Source: Cenococcum geophilum
Taxonomy: Eukaryota
Direction of reading: 5' to 3'
DNA: 64,000 nt
NCBI GenBank assembly: GCA_050273025.1
Contig: CP158635.1
Span: 5,022,001 to 5,086,000 of the forward strand
This document shows positions 25,225 through 39,154 of this stretch, piece by piece (position 1 is the first letter of the stretch; each line of letters opens with the position of its first letter). Under the pieces are notes generated by a model. It did not search any database, was not told the DNA's origin, and worked only from the letters and a program-made list of their open reading frames with translations. The translations under genes and the position numbers were made by a program.

Positions 25225-27720
25225 TGTTACGTAAAACCTAAGTAGATAGTTATATAGCTACAAGGTACGGGCGACCCTAGAGCAACCTAAGGGTAACTCG
25301 CCCGTAAGGCGCGTGCGCTATACATACCTAGGGAAAACCCTTCCTACCTCACACACAGACTCCTCCTTTTTCCCTTAAGGATTCGTCTCTGTCTATACAA
25401 TATACCCTATTATTCTATTATTAGACTCCCTATCTATATTCTTACCTTACATTTAAATCCTTACTAATCCCCTTAGGAGGATAGAAGGTTTAATTTTTCC
25501 ACAATCCCTCCGAAAAGAAAACCGACGCCTATACCCGACGGTAATACGCTGGCGATACGACCGCAGAACGCCTTAGGATTTAGTGTAGATAAAACTACTA
25601 GAAGCATACTAGTAGAATCTAAGCTACCTCCGGAATCTTAAAACGATTAAATATCTATAAATACTGGAGACTAGTTTAACTTATATACCTAGGCTTAAGA
25701 AGAGCTTAGTAAGGTTACTAGAGTCTTACTAAATACTACTAACCTAAAGGAGCTAGATAAGCTAGCTAAGAAAATAGCCAACTTATAGAGCATTATTAAT
25801 TTAATAAAGCCCTTTCGTTAACTCTTTAGTAAGGAGTATAAGTTATATAGCGAACGCATACGCTAAGCAAATCTTAACGCCCTAGTTAAGAAGTTACTAC
25901 CCAATATTAGCGGTATAACTCAATAGTATTTTAACTGGTAGATTGCCGCAGTTAAGAACTAATTCGAGGTTAATAACGCCAACTACAACTATAAATAACG
26001 CACGCGCTAGGCTATCGAAGGTCTTATAAAAGAAAAGATAATCGCTTAACTAGTGTATTAACGGCTAGGCACTAAGGATAAAGGTCCTTTACTATAGGAT
26101 AAGTTTAAGACTATAGTCTAAGACTAGATTAGGAACTCTATAGTCAGGCGCTTTAATAATACTACTATATACTATATGGCTATTATAAAGGAGAACTAGA
26201 GGTTTAACGTCTTCCTAGCCTATATACGTAGCTTAGAGGACCGCTTCTTATATACCCCTTTTATTAATCCTAAGCAATAGGTAGACTTTTAGTTCTCGCG
26301 CCTTCTAGCCTACCTATAAGTAGAGCTCTTCTGCCAAAACTTTATTAAATGGGTAAGAACCGCTAAAGACCTCTTTACTAAAATCCACTATATAAAGTAA
26401 CTGCTTAATACTATAAAGCTTACGGAAGACCGCGTAGGGGGCAACGGTAGATCCTTGCGCTTAAAGCGTGGTTATAATATAGGCTTTATAGATTTAGGTT
26501 TAGGGAATAGAACCTAAAAAAGGCGACGCTTTTCTAAGCAAAATCTCAGGGAGACCACCTAAAAGCTAAACGGCTTAGGGGACCCCCTAAACGCTAGTGC
26601 TATGTAGGCGAGTTAAAGGACCGCAGGCGGCTACTATAAGGAATACTAAAAGCAGGCTAATAAAGAGAAGTCAGCTTAGCCTTCGGAAAACCCAAAGCCC
26701 TAGTAGTGTATCTCTCTTAACTGCAACTAGGGCCTAATATAAAGGGAGAGAAAAAAATGTATTATAGTATATATTACAATAGATACGCCCTAGGGTAAAG
26801 TCCGCCTACGTACTTTATACAATAATAGGTACTAAATTAACCTTATTAATTAGGACGTCGTCTATAGGTTTAACCTGCCTATATACTACGCGCTATATTT
26901 ATATAAACCTATTATACGTTTCCTTAATAGCAACCAGACAATAATTTAGGATACTTATAATCTAATAGTTACTACTAGCGACTCCTAGGGTACCTCTCGC
27001 ACTATTAACCCGCAAACCTTTTAGGGCGGCTTATTTAATAGTTACGATATAGTTCTTAAATAGAATTAGCTTGCGGAAGCAGATCTATTAATTAGCTTCT
27101 ATTCTAAATAGTTTATCTAAGGTACTTCAGACCCTAGACGCCTCTAAATAATTACCCTTAACACTTTCTTAGTAGATATTAAGGCTAGTAAAACAGTCTA
27201 TTCGCTATAGCTAGAAGACTTCTTTTCTACGCTAGTTATAAATATAATAGAGGACCTATTATTACTAGCAGCGAGTACCTATGCAGACCCTTTAGATATA
27301 GAGATACCAGTTATAAATATAGTAAAGGACCTACTATTACTAGCAGCGAGTACCTATAAAGACCCTCTAGTGCTAGCGTAGATTACCTATATATAAGGGG
27401 GAGGTAATTAAAACCCTAAAACTATTAAGTATACTACAGTAGAGCTATATATACTTTTAGTATAAGCATACCTATAAAACGTATATTGGCTATACCCTTC
27501 TCTTTACTAGCTCCTAGAAGCACACTACTACGCAATAGTTGCTTTAACCTTTATAGTCCCTAGCCTACCAGATATATATAAGGAGAAAATTAATATCTTC
27601 TTTAATAAGCTAGTAAGTGTACTACCATAGAACTCTAAGTACGACTATGCAATTAACTTAAAAGAAGGCAAGACGCCACTATAAATGCCCCTCTATAACC
27701 TCTTATAGAAAGAGTTATAG
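25225..27720 (+). mobile_element. Ty3/gypsy element C, 5' part (LTR 25225-25451, gag, protease, start of RT)
   Basis: TGTTAC...CCTTACA LTR. The pol frame resumes at 57451 after gypsy D. Confidence 0.88.
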
Positions 27721-30700
27721 TATAAGGGATATTATTGCGGACACCTTAGGTTACCCTTAGGACAAACCCCAGACGCCCCTTAGATAGTCGCCGGTTATAT
27801 ACTAAAGGCATATGCCCGTAGTATATAGTCTCCACAATCCCCAAGGCCTTACCTCCTTAAGGATTTGTCTTTCTTACTAATCTATCCTATTCCACAATTA
27901 TATCCTTATAGCCCCCTATCTACAAGATCCCTATATATTTAAATCCTTCTTACTTCTTTTTAGAAGGGTAGTCGGCTTTAAAGACTAGATTATTTATTTA
28001 CATTTTTTATTTATAACTACTATCCTCCCTTAAAATCTTGCGATAACTTAAATAGAAACTCCACGGATACCTTATTAAAAGCCGTCGTGTAAAGGCAGGA
28101 AGGTCCCTCTAATAGCGAGAGATTGCGATAATATAACCCTTTAGGTAAGACGGCTAAATAGGCCCTAATACCTAGATACTCTAGGAGCTTAAAGACTCTT
28201 ACATACCTATAGTTACTACTAAAAAAACGCAGATACCATTTATAATAGTTATAACGCTGCTAAAAAGTAACTAAAACCCCTCTAGCCTAACCTAGGCTAA
28301 TTAGAAGATTAAGCGCTAAAGGCAACTTTAAGATCTTCCCCTAAGCTAGAAATGCTAAAGGAATATATTAATATATCTAATTAGGGAACTAACTAGAACC
28401 CTCCTAAAAGACTACCAGCCTATAATTAGTATAGTGGTGGTATATAAACTGCTTATAAGCTAAGCGGGCCTACCTCTTTAGGTAATTTAAACTAACTATT
28501 AACTTAAGACTTAAGCCTTATAGGGAAATCTACACTAGCTACTGGTATTAATACTACCTCTATAGCCGGAGCTTCCTTAAAGCTAAGGCTAGAAAGTTAA
28601 GAGCCCTAAACCAATATTCTTTAAGATAGATATTAGAAAGCTGCTATAAGGCTTTTAGAAGCTATATGGGAAGGAGCCACTAATAAATATATTAGAAACC
28701 TTTAGGGGTAGGTTTAAATTTAGTAAAGCTTAATTTAGGCTAGATAAAATCTTTTATAACCTAGTTAAGGCTAAAGGCTTCCTAGGAGCTACCTAGTACT
28801 TACCTAAGGTATAGAAGACTTAGAGAGTTATCTATACTATAAATAGAAAAAGGATATAGACTAACTAGCTAAGGCCTTTAGTAGTTTAGAACTCCGCTAT
28901 AGACCTAACGCCTAGTAGTTAAACGATTAGGTTTATAAGGTAGATAACTTCTTTAAGATACTAATAATATAAGATAATACTAAAGAGCGTATACGCTGGA
29001 TTATTAGTAAGATTAAAGATTAATTGCTAAACTAGATCGTATTTAATCAGCTTAATAAAGAGTAAATTACTATATAGCTATAGCTGTAAACCTTCCTAAA
29101 GAAATGGACTTAAGATCTATATATTATACAATATAATAATATAGAGCTATTCTAGAATGGGATATAGCTTAACTGCCATAACTTCCGCTAGTTTATAAAC
29201 TTTATAAAAACTTATACTTAACAAATAGATTTAGAGCCCTTTAAAAATAAGGATGGTAGCATTTATAAAAAAAGAAGATTGGGTTTATCTAGGCTAGAAT
29301 TAAGCTAGTAATTTGTAATAAAATAAAGCGCGTAGGAGCCCTATTGCGGATTACTATATATACAGATTTTAAATAAGTAGTTCTAAACGCTAAAGATATA
29401 GTAAGGAACTAGACCTCTTCTGGTAGAAAGCTAGGGGGTTACTAAAAGTATAGGCACTTTAGTAATAACGTAGGGCAGACCTAACCTTTAAAGAAGCTGT
29501 TCTTAAAGAAAACTTTAAAAGGGTTAAAGTTAGGAGCCTTAAATAACAGGAAAGATTCCTAGGGTTAACCTAATACCTATTTAGCACCTTTATAGGAACA
29601 TTCTAAGAAGTTAAGAGAAAACTTTAGAGGTAGATTTTATTAGAAAAATAAGTAGGGTAATAACCGCACTAATAATAAAATAAAAAGCCTTAGTCGCGGA
29701 CCTTTTCTAGCTATAACTAGGGCAAGATATAAAAGAAAAGACTCTCCGTATTACTATTAAGCTAAAAATAATACTCCCTATAGGTAAGGTATAATAGTTC
29801 TAAGCACTATATAATAGCGGCGCCAAAATTAATCTTATACGATATAATTTGGTAAAAGAGTATAAACTTATCCTATTATAAAGGTAGCAGAAACCTATTA
29901 TAGGCTTCCTAAATAAGCATTAAATTAAACTATATAGTGCCTATAAGCTTATAGTATTAATGGCTAATATACACAACCGCACTAAGGTAGTTAGCCCGCA
30001 ACCCTTCTAGGCGGCTAACTTTATAGGTTATAACCTTATCCTTAGATACCCTTAGCTTACGGAAGTAGATCCTAAGATACACTTTAAAACTAAAGCCTTT
30101 AAATAGTAGAACAATAAAGATTTAAAAGGGCGTATATTACTAATAAGCCTAAAGAACATTTTAGAGAATGTAGCCTTAAGTGAAATAGTATACGCTCTAT
30201 ACCCAAAGGAGTATTAAATTTAACCTTTATTTAATAGTAAAATAGGTATAGAGCCTAGTATAGGTAATAACCCTTTTATAATAAAGACCCTATAGAGAAC
30301 TACTAGATAGGTCGCGGAGATATTATAGGGAGGCGGCGATCTTAAGGATCTTATAAGATACTTTAACTATTATAGGTTACTCTAGCTTAAGCAATATACG
30401 GAGAGTATACTACGGCATCTTAAGCGCTGCGTTAAGAATTTCCCTATTCTCTACTAGCTACTATATAAAATAGTATAATATATAGTAGCAACCATATATA
30501 AGCAACTACTATAGCGTATAACACTGCCTATAAGCATCCTAAGGGAGCTCTAAAACCTACCTAACGATAATATAGAGGATAAACGCGACCCTAATTTATT
30601 AAATATTCTAGTAGGCCTAAGGGACTTACTAAGGGTATTTTTAGGCAGGAGAGCTAAAGTCCTACTATAAAACTTAGAGTACGATTATATAATTAATCTA

Positions 30701-31150
30701 AAAGAAGGTAAATAACCGCTAAACCTTCCTATCTATAACCTCTTGCGTAAAGAGCTTAAGATCCTACGGAAGTACCTTAATAGGTTACTAGAAAAGGGGT
30801 AGATTTAGCTTAGTAAGTCGCCGGCAGACATACCAATCCTCTTTATCCTAAAACTAGATAGAACTATAAGGCTATATATAAACTATCGCGGTCTTAATAA
30901 GATTATAATTAAGAACCGTTACCTACTACTACTAGTTAGTAAAATGCTAGATTGACTATTTAGGGCAAAGATCTTTATAAAGCTAGATCTATAAGACGCC
31001 TACTATAGGCTTTGTATTAAAGAAGGGGATAAGTAAAAGACCGCTTTTAAGACCTAATATATCCACTTTAAGTATCTAGTAATGCCTTTCGGGCTAGCTA
31101 ATGCGCCTATAATATTCCAATTATATATTTATAGAGCCTTAGGGGGACTA

Positions 31151-33014
31151 CATCAGCAAAATGTTTATGCCTCCTAACAGTACTGACAGCTCCTGACAGC
31201 TCCTGACAGCTCCTGTCAGGGCTGTCAGGAGCTCCAGGAGACACTCACACTCGGCATCCTGTCAGGAACCTGTCAGGAGGTCGCCCGGACCACCAGGACC
31301 ACCAGGACCTCCAGGACCTCCAGGACCTCCAGGACCATCAGGACCATCAGGACCATCAGGACCATCAGGACAACAATAAAAATTCTAGATTTAAAAATAA
31401 GGTATATTAACACTCCAGTATTTGCAGCTAGTCAAAAAATACAAAATTAATTTTAATTATATATAATCTAAATAATCCAAATCAATCTCTCCTGTCTACC
31501 GCCTGTGTCTGTCATGGAGCTCTACTCGGGCGTCGGGCGATCGACTAAGGAGCCTCTCGCGGAGGCTCCAAATCGTCGATCGGCGGTGTTCCCGATGATC
31601 CGCCGGCCGTGTGCTGATTTCCTAACTAGGCCTAGTGCATGCCTGCCTGTCCTACCTGTCTGTGCCTGCCTGTGCCTGTCGTGCCCACCTGTCTATCCTA
31701 CCTGTCTGTATCTGTAATTCGGGGGAGAGGTCGGCCCGATCGAAGGCTCTGCTTGATTCGATTGCGATTGATTGTATTAATTCGAATCGTTCTCCATGGG
31801 CGTTCGTTGGCTGTACATTTGAACGGTGGTCGTCTGGGGTGCCTCCCTAGGAGGCCTTGATTCGATTTGATTCGGTAATAGGCTGATATCGAGGCTCTGG
31901 TTCGATTCGATCGATCGATCGAATCGATCGTGGTGTTCGCTGGCTGGTCGTTCAAACGATTATCGTCTGGTTCTGACGACGGTCCTCTCCTACTTGCCTG
32001 CCTACCTGCCTGCCTACCTACCTACCTGCCTGCCTGTGTCAGTATCTGATTTAATTCGGGGGAGAGGTCGGCCCGATCGAAGGCTCTAATTGATCCAGGT
32101 CGTTCTCTATGGCCGTTCGCTAGCTGTACATTCGAACGGTAGTCGTCTAGGGTGCCTCCCTAGGAGGCCTTGATACGATTCGGTAATAGGCTAATATCAA
32201 ATTCGATTAATCGATCAATTGAATCATTCGTGGTCTTCGCTAGCTGGTTATTTGAAAGGTTGTCGTCTAGTTCTTATAACGGTCGTCTGGTTCTGGCGAC
32301 GGTCGTCTGGTTTTAGCGACGGTCCTCTACTGGCTGCCGTTCTAGTGCCTCCTAAGGGAGGATGTAAGGAAGGGTAAAGAATGGGGTGACTGCAAAGGGG
32401 GTAACTTAGTAGAGGCACGTGTAGGCTATTGGGAATATAGCGGGGACCCAATAGCACTGTGTGTCGCGCGCACGCGTATATAGGGTTGTGTCGCATTAGG
32501 GGGGAGGTATCCCATTAGGGGGGGTATCACAGTGGGAAGGGTGTCGCATTGGGGGGGTGTCTTAAGGGGTGTGCATAGGAGGTGTCGCTTTGGGGGGGAG
32601 GGGGGTTAGGAGGGGTATCGCTTAGGGGTATCCTGTCAGGAACCTAACAGGACAAATAGGAAAATTAAAATCCTGCCAGGAGCCTATTAGGAATGATTAG
32701 GAAATACTAGTTTCCTATCAGGACCCTAACAGGACTGTAAGAGGATAATTAGGAAATCAAAGATCCTGCCAGGAGCCTATTAGGAACGATTAGGAAATAC
32801 TAGTTTCCTATCAGGACCCTAACAGGACCGTAAGAGGACAATTAGGAAATCAAAGATCCTGCCAGGAGCCTATTAGGACGACTAGAACGATTAGGAAAAT
32901 TAAAATCCTACCAGGAGCCTACTAGGAGCCTACTAGGACGATTAAGACCTCTAGAAAAGTCAAAATCCTATTAGGAGACCTCTAGGATCTTAGCACCCCA
33001 ACAAAATGCTAATA
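31151..33014 (+). mobile_element. Non-autonomous TIR element (variant 2), lightly RIPped, in the gypsy D RT
   Basis: Termini CATCAGCAAAATGTT...AACAAAATGCTAATA with a TA duplication. 9-10-bp subterminal repeats (CAGGACCAT, CTCCTGACAG) and a duplicated core. Confidence 0.88.
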
Positions 33015-33587
33015 TAGTTAACCGTATATACGTTATCTATTTAGATAATATCTTAATCTACTTAGAAGATAAGGATTAACATAAGTAATATATCCGCGAA
33101 GTACTGGAACATTTAGATAATTAGGGCCTCTACGCTAAGGCGTTAAATTATATCTTTAACACTAAGTAGGTTAAGTTCCTAGGTTATATTATAACGCCTA
33201 TAGGTATAGTTATAGACCTAGTACGGGTATAGATAATTTAGGAGTAGCCAGAGCTAGAGAGCTATTAGGATATTTAAATGTTCTTAGGCTTTACCAATTT
33301 CTATAAGCGCTTTATTTATAACTACTTAGACGTCACCTAATACCTATCTAACTATATTATAAAAGCTTCCTAAGACCTAATCTAAGGAGTAAAAAGCTTA
33401 AAGGCGGTAAGGGAAAAAACTAAAAAGGGACTAACTAAATAGTATAAGCTATAGTTATAGCCCAGAAAGGTTTAAAAGGCCTTTTAAAAACTTTACGCAA
33501 AGTTTATAAAAGCTCTATTACTACAGCATTTTAACCTAGATTAGCTATTAATAATAATTATTAATGCATTAAATTTTGCCTTTATTA

Positions 33588-36500
33588 ATAATAATTCATT
33601 ACTTAACGTCCGATTTAGATCCCTATTGGGCCCATACGGACTACTCCTTATTTACATATAGGGAGAAAACTCTATTTAAGAAAAATAAGAAAACCCCATA
33701 ATCTATCTCCCTGCCTTTTAGGACTCGCCTACTTAGCGCCTATAAGTTGCCTATAGTGCTCTACTACCTTACTATTTAACCTCCTTAAGAACTACTACTG
33801 CCGTAACAAGCCTATGGACGCGCTAGTATTATAAACTATTACTCTACTACTATAGAGTTACTAGGGGGCACCTACTACTCGCCCCCTTACCTTTTATTAC
33901 TATTTCCCTTGCAACCTAAAACTAATTTAGTACATTTTAACTAATAAGCCACTAGGTAACCGCCTTAAGGCCTTTTTATATTAAAAGTAGTGTATTATAG
34001 TTCTCTATGCCAGCTACTAAGAGCATTATTTCTTAATTAGTGCGTAGGGGGCATAGCAGTATTATATGTTTTGGTATCTGTCTTAGCCAGCTATATTCGC
34101 ATCTTAGGCTACTTACTAGAACACCTACCCAGTAAAGCCAATCTTTTAGTCCTATTATTCCTGTTCTTAAGAGTATTACTATTATATTTTCTACCTTTAT
34201 TAGGCCTTCTTAGAGCCCTTAGGTATTTACCCCCTATAGTATTAACCATGTTATAGCTTAGGTTCGTCTTACCTAAATCAGCCCCTATACCTTTAACTTC
34301 TATTTACCTCTCCAGCGTTAGTCTAACCAGTATTATATTATAGTAGATGGTTTCCTAGCGTTCTTATATATTCTACTTTAACTCCTTTCTCTATTTTACT
34401 GTTATCTTTACTAACCTCTTATACGTCTCCCTTCCTCCTCTATATAGGCCTAGGCCCTAAAGCGGCACTATTCTTCTTTTACTTTCTTTACCTGTTTCTC
34501 TAATATCTCTTCCCTACTTTAAGGTTATTAGTTTATTCTCCTACAGGGCACCCTAAGGTCCCTCCATAGTTTACTTAGGCGTATCTTAATATACTTTATA
34601 ATATTAGAGTTACGTTTATTTTATATCCTTTATATTACAGCGGCTTTAATATATAACTATAGGGGGGGAATATTAGATTCCTTTTTAAGCAGTGCTGTGG
34701 CCGTTCGCTTATACCCACCTATAATACTCTAAAGGCAGGCTATTTAGACCTTTTAAAGTGATTTAAGGAGTAATTTAGGGGGGCCCTTCTTAGTTTCTCT
34801 AATGGCCCAAATACTAGATCTATATATTATGGTTAGCTAAATAACTACTATATATAGTAGGCGTAACCTCTAGAAGTATGGACCCCATATAGAATTAACA
34901 ATCCTAGATAAAGCAATAAACTATACTTAGCCTTTATAGGCCGCTTGCGCTATATATACGCTCCACTAAAGCTTACTATCTACCTATACTCCTAATACCC
35001 TTAGGCCCTAAACTAGTTAACCCCTAAAGCCTTAGATGCGAATTATATGCTAAAGATCTGCAAATTAGTTGCGTTTTCTTATAAAATAGATTAGCTAGTA
35101 TTTCTCTAGTAAGAATTAGACTCTATAACATTTTACCTATTCTATATAAGTATTATAGGCTTTCTCTAGTATTCTGCAATTCTCTACGGCTATTAGCCCG
35201 TATATAATTAGGTTTATATTATTAATAAAGCCTATCCCCTAGGTCGCCCCTTCCTTAAAGAAGTTAAGTAGGTTACTTATAAAGAAAAGGAAGAGTATAG
35301 GCAAGAGGGGTAATCCTTATAGTATTTCTGTTATAACTATAATAGGGGGGCTCTGGTATCTACTAAAGACTAGTAATATTTCTTTCTAGCCTATAAACCC
35401 TTAAATAAATTATATAATCCATTCTAAAAAGCCCTTTACCCTAAGGATATATAAAAGACGCTTATAGGGTATATTATTATAGGCACCACTAATATCTAGG
35501 TTAAGCATTAATACTATAAAGTCCTTTCGCATCGCCTATATAGATTTAATAGTGGCAGCAAGTAGCGTAAGTACTAATAGTGTTAAGCGGTTCTTTCTTA
35601 CCCCCATTTAGCTTTATAGTAATAGGGCGTGTTTCTCTACTATATTTACTATATGTTCCGCTATTACCCTTTCTAAGATCTTGCTAAGGGTATTTTCTAA
35701 GGCAATAGGGCGGCAGCTTCCTAGGATTAAGTAATCTACTTTACCTTCTTTTTATAGGACAACTATTATTATAGATCTTCTAAGTCGCGGGTAATAGCCT
35801 ATAGCAAAGCATACTCTAGCTATATCTACAAGCTAAGGTACTATAAGTAGCCTATAGGTTTTTAGGGCCTTATTTAGAATCCCATCTAGTCCTAGTACTA
35901 TATTATTTAAAAGGCGGCTAATAGTTCTAGCCATTTCCTCTATTATTATATCGCTGTTAACCCATAGGCAAGTTACTAGTGTTTCGCCCGTGATATTACT
36001 AAGGTCTACTAGAGCTAGTTAGGGGAAAAACCTTTCTATAAGGATCTTTGCCTTCTTATTATTGTTATTTATAGCCTGTAATTCTCCTACTCTTCGTAGG
36101 GATAATAAGTATAGGTCTTCTGCTAGGCGCCCTACCTTTTTCTTTACCTATTTTGCTATAGCCTAAAGGCCCTTATTATAGGGGAGGCTTAGGTTAAAAG
36201 TATGCTTATTTATAAACCGTCTCTAGTTATTCCTTACTTCTTTTTTTAGGGTATTCTTTAGCTAGTTTCTTATGTCTTTATATTGTCTCTTATCTTTAGG
36301 GTTATGGCTACTTATATATTTCCTTCTTACTCGTCATTAGCTAGTAACTAGAACTGCGCATTATATAGACCATATATATCGCGTATAGGGGCCTAGTTTT
36401 AAGATTGGGCAGTACTCTTCCAGCCTATTTTTAATCGCTGCCTAGATCCTTTCTAGTCTTTAGTTAATTTCCTTAGGGGTAGCTAATAAGCCTCGCTTGT

Positions 36501-39154
36501 TTAGTATTAGGTAGATTTCTTCTAGGTCTTAGAGTTATTATTTAACTGCATTAAGGAAACTATCTGTCTTAAGCTTCCTTATTATATATCTTTTTTTATT
36601 TAATTACGCTTTGGTATCTAGGTCTAGCTATATCTAAATAGGGATATAGTCTAAGGTAAGTGCCCATTCTTCTTTAGGGTTATACCTTTTAAGTCTCTAG
36701 TATAGGCCTTCGTCTATAAATATAAGGTCAATTATACTTCTAGCGGTACCTTATTACCATATAATTGCTCCTAGGGGGGTAGCTAGCTTAAGGCCCCAGA
36801 TATCTATAGCTCTTAGTAGGCACTCTAACTATTAATCTACAGCAATATAGATGCCCCCCCACTATAGGTAGTAGAGGTTTATATCTCCTAGTAAAATAAA
36901 CTCTATACCTTCAGTTTTTAGTAAGCTTATTACTAATATAATATTCTCTATTTATAGGACCCCTTTAACCCTAGGGTTATACACATTAATAATTTATACC
37001 GGTCCCCTATATATTTAAATTATTATAACTATAATATCTAGGTTAACTGCCTACTATAACTATAAGGATAGGCTAATAGCCTTACTAATTATAAAGTACA
37101 CGCGTATAGCTGCTTTTGGTTCATATAGGAGCTAAAATCCTTAGGGGCAGTATATTAATTATATAAAGGTATTATAATACGGTTCTTATATAGTAAGGAT
37201 ATAATATTTCTCTAAGTCTAGACTGTCTAGTAGGGGCCTTATAAGGCGGTGGTTTATATTGCCGCAGTTATACTATATAATAGATAGGTGGCGGACCCCC
37301 AGCAAGGGTCCTTTAACTCTCCTTTATTCCTCGCTTCTTCTATTTCTACTTTCTCTAAAATATTCGGAGCTTCTATCTCTTATATCTATACCCTAGTTAC
37401 TACTTATTTTATATAGAGCTTTCCATTCCTATATTTTATATTCCTATTAGCGCTTCTATATCTAAATCTATTATTATTACCGGTTCTTCCCCTATTCTTA
37501 CTAGTCGGCTATATACCCTTTATAGGTCGGCTGCGAATATTATATTTACCGCATTAAGTCTAATTCTTAATTATCCTAGTCTTAAGCCTGCTATTGCTAT
37601 CCATAGGGGTCTTCCTACAGGGCGTCCTCTCCCTTATATCCCCTATAACCCTTATATCCCTAATCGGTCTAGTAATATCGCGCGGCGTCGCTTCTGGCCC
37701 GTTAAGGCTTGGGATAGCTAGCCTAGCCCTCTAGTATTAAAGGTAGGAAACGCTAGAAAGGCGCCTACGTCCCCCTAGCTTATCGCCTATTATTTCCATT
37801 TATATAACCTAGCGTATAGTTATTCCCATAGCTATTAAGCCCTTACCTTCCATCTTCTATATTTAATGCAGTCTTCTCTTTCCTACGCCTTATATATACT
37901 TCGGTAGCAGTTCGCGCATTTTATTTAATCTTAATTTAAGCAGTATCTTGTATCGTAGGGGCCTGCATAGTAGCCACAGCATACCTATACTGCGTATATA
38001 GATTAGGTGTATCCCTATTATACACAGCGATAGTATTATTTTAGGTGTAGTCTATAGTTATAAAGCCTTATATTATATATAAGGCCATTTATAATTATTC
38101 CTTTTTAAATAAGGAGTTTTTATATTCCTAATATATATATACTAATAATAAGGGAGCTATACGTTTATCTGGCGTCTCCCTAGTAAGTCTCTAGCAACCC
38201 TTGTATCCTCTTATTATTCTTATTATATACTTAGTTTACATTTTCCTATTAAAGCTATTAAATTCGGGTAATTTCGAGTCCTAGTATAAGGCGTTCCGTT
38301 TATCTTACTATCTCCTATATAATTGCTATATTATCCGCCTAGCGTCCCTTTTCTACCCTAAGGCTTATAGGAACCGCTAGGACTTTAACTAGGTAATCCT
38401 CGCGAAGTACTTTTATACTAATACGTTCTCCTAGCCTATCCCCTACCCTTATAGCTCGTTCCTTTACCTATTAGTCCTTTAAGGTAACTCTAATATCTCC
38501 GCTCTTAAGGTGTCGGACTATAATAGTATTGTAAACCTCTTTACATATCTTTATAAGGACTTCTGTTTCTAATTATCCCCTAAGCCCCTCTACTTATTCT
38601 ATATTTAGTTATATTATAATTATATACCCGTTTATTAACTTAAGGGGAGTAGGTTCCCTATGCTATAAAAGCGCAGCTATGGCGGCCTAGGTGCGGTTCG
38701 CCGGTAAGGGGGGGTTATACTTATTTTTAATTTTGCTTAGCCATTAGAGGATTTAATTAAGGGTTTACTAAAGGGGCGCCTAAGATTCGCTAAACTAGCA
38801 GAGCCATTCTGCTAGCTATATTAGTTTGTTATAGCTAACGGTTACTCCCCTACAATTCTAGATACTAGACGCGTCCAATAGGCTTTATATTTTATTAGAT
38901 ACCTTCTTAATAGAGGTATTTCCGCTTTATAGTGTGGTATTCGCCCGTCTTTATTATAGAGGGCCATTGCTAGGCATAGTTCTAGCGGTCGCGCGCGAGT
39001 GCGAGCCACCGTCATTCAATGTGTGCCTCCCCTGCGATGCATGCATCTTAGGGGGATTCTCTAGGTGTTTTTCAGGGTTCTTTTAGTTAGTTTTAGTCTT
39101 TTTAGGCCAGGTGCAGCAAGAGCTCCTTTTTTCTGTAATTAAGGAGCTCTATAT
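33588..39154 (-). mobile_element. Full-length Tad1-like LINE, RIP-inactivated
   Basis: 14-bp TSD TTTTGCCTTTATTA at 33574-33587 and 39155-39168. ORF1 from ~39015 with knuckles ~37800-38000. ORF2 endonuclease from ~37290, RT RPIAL ~35710 and GF(VDD) ~35225. (ATT)n tail. Confidence 0.93.

Noticed and set aside
31505..32496. Several short ORFs in the TIR element
   Set aside because: They overlap on both strands, show no recognisable domain, and are open because RIP is light here.
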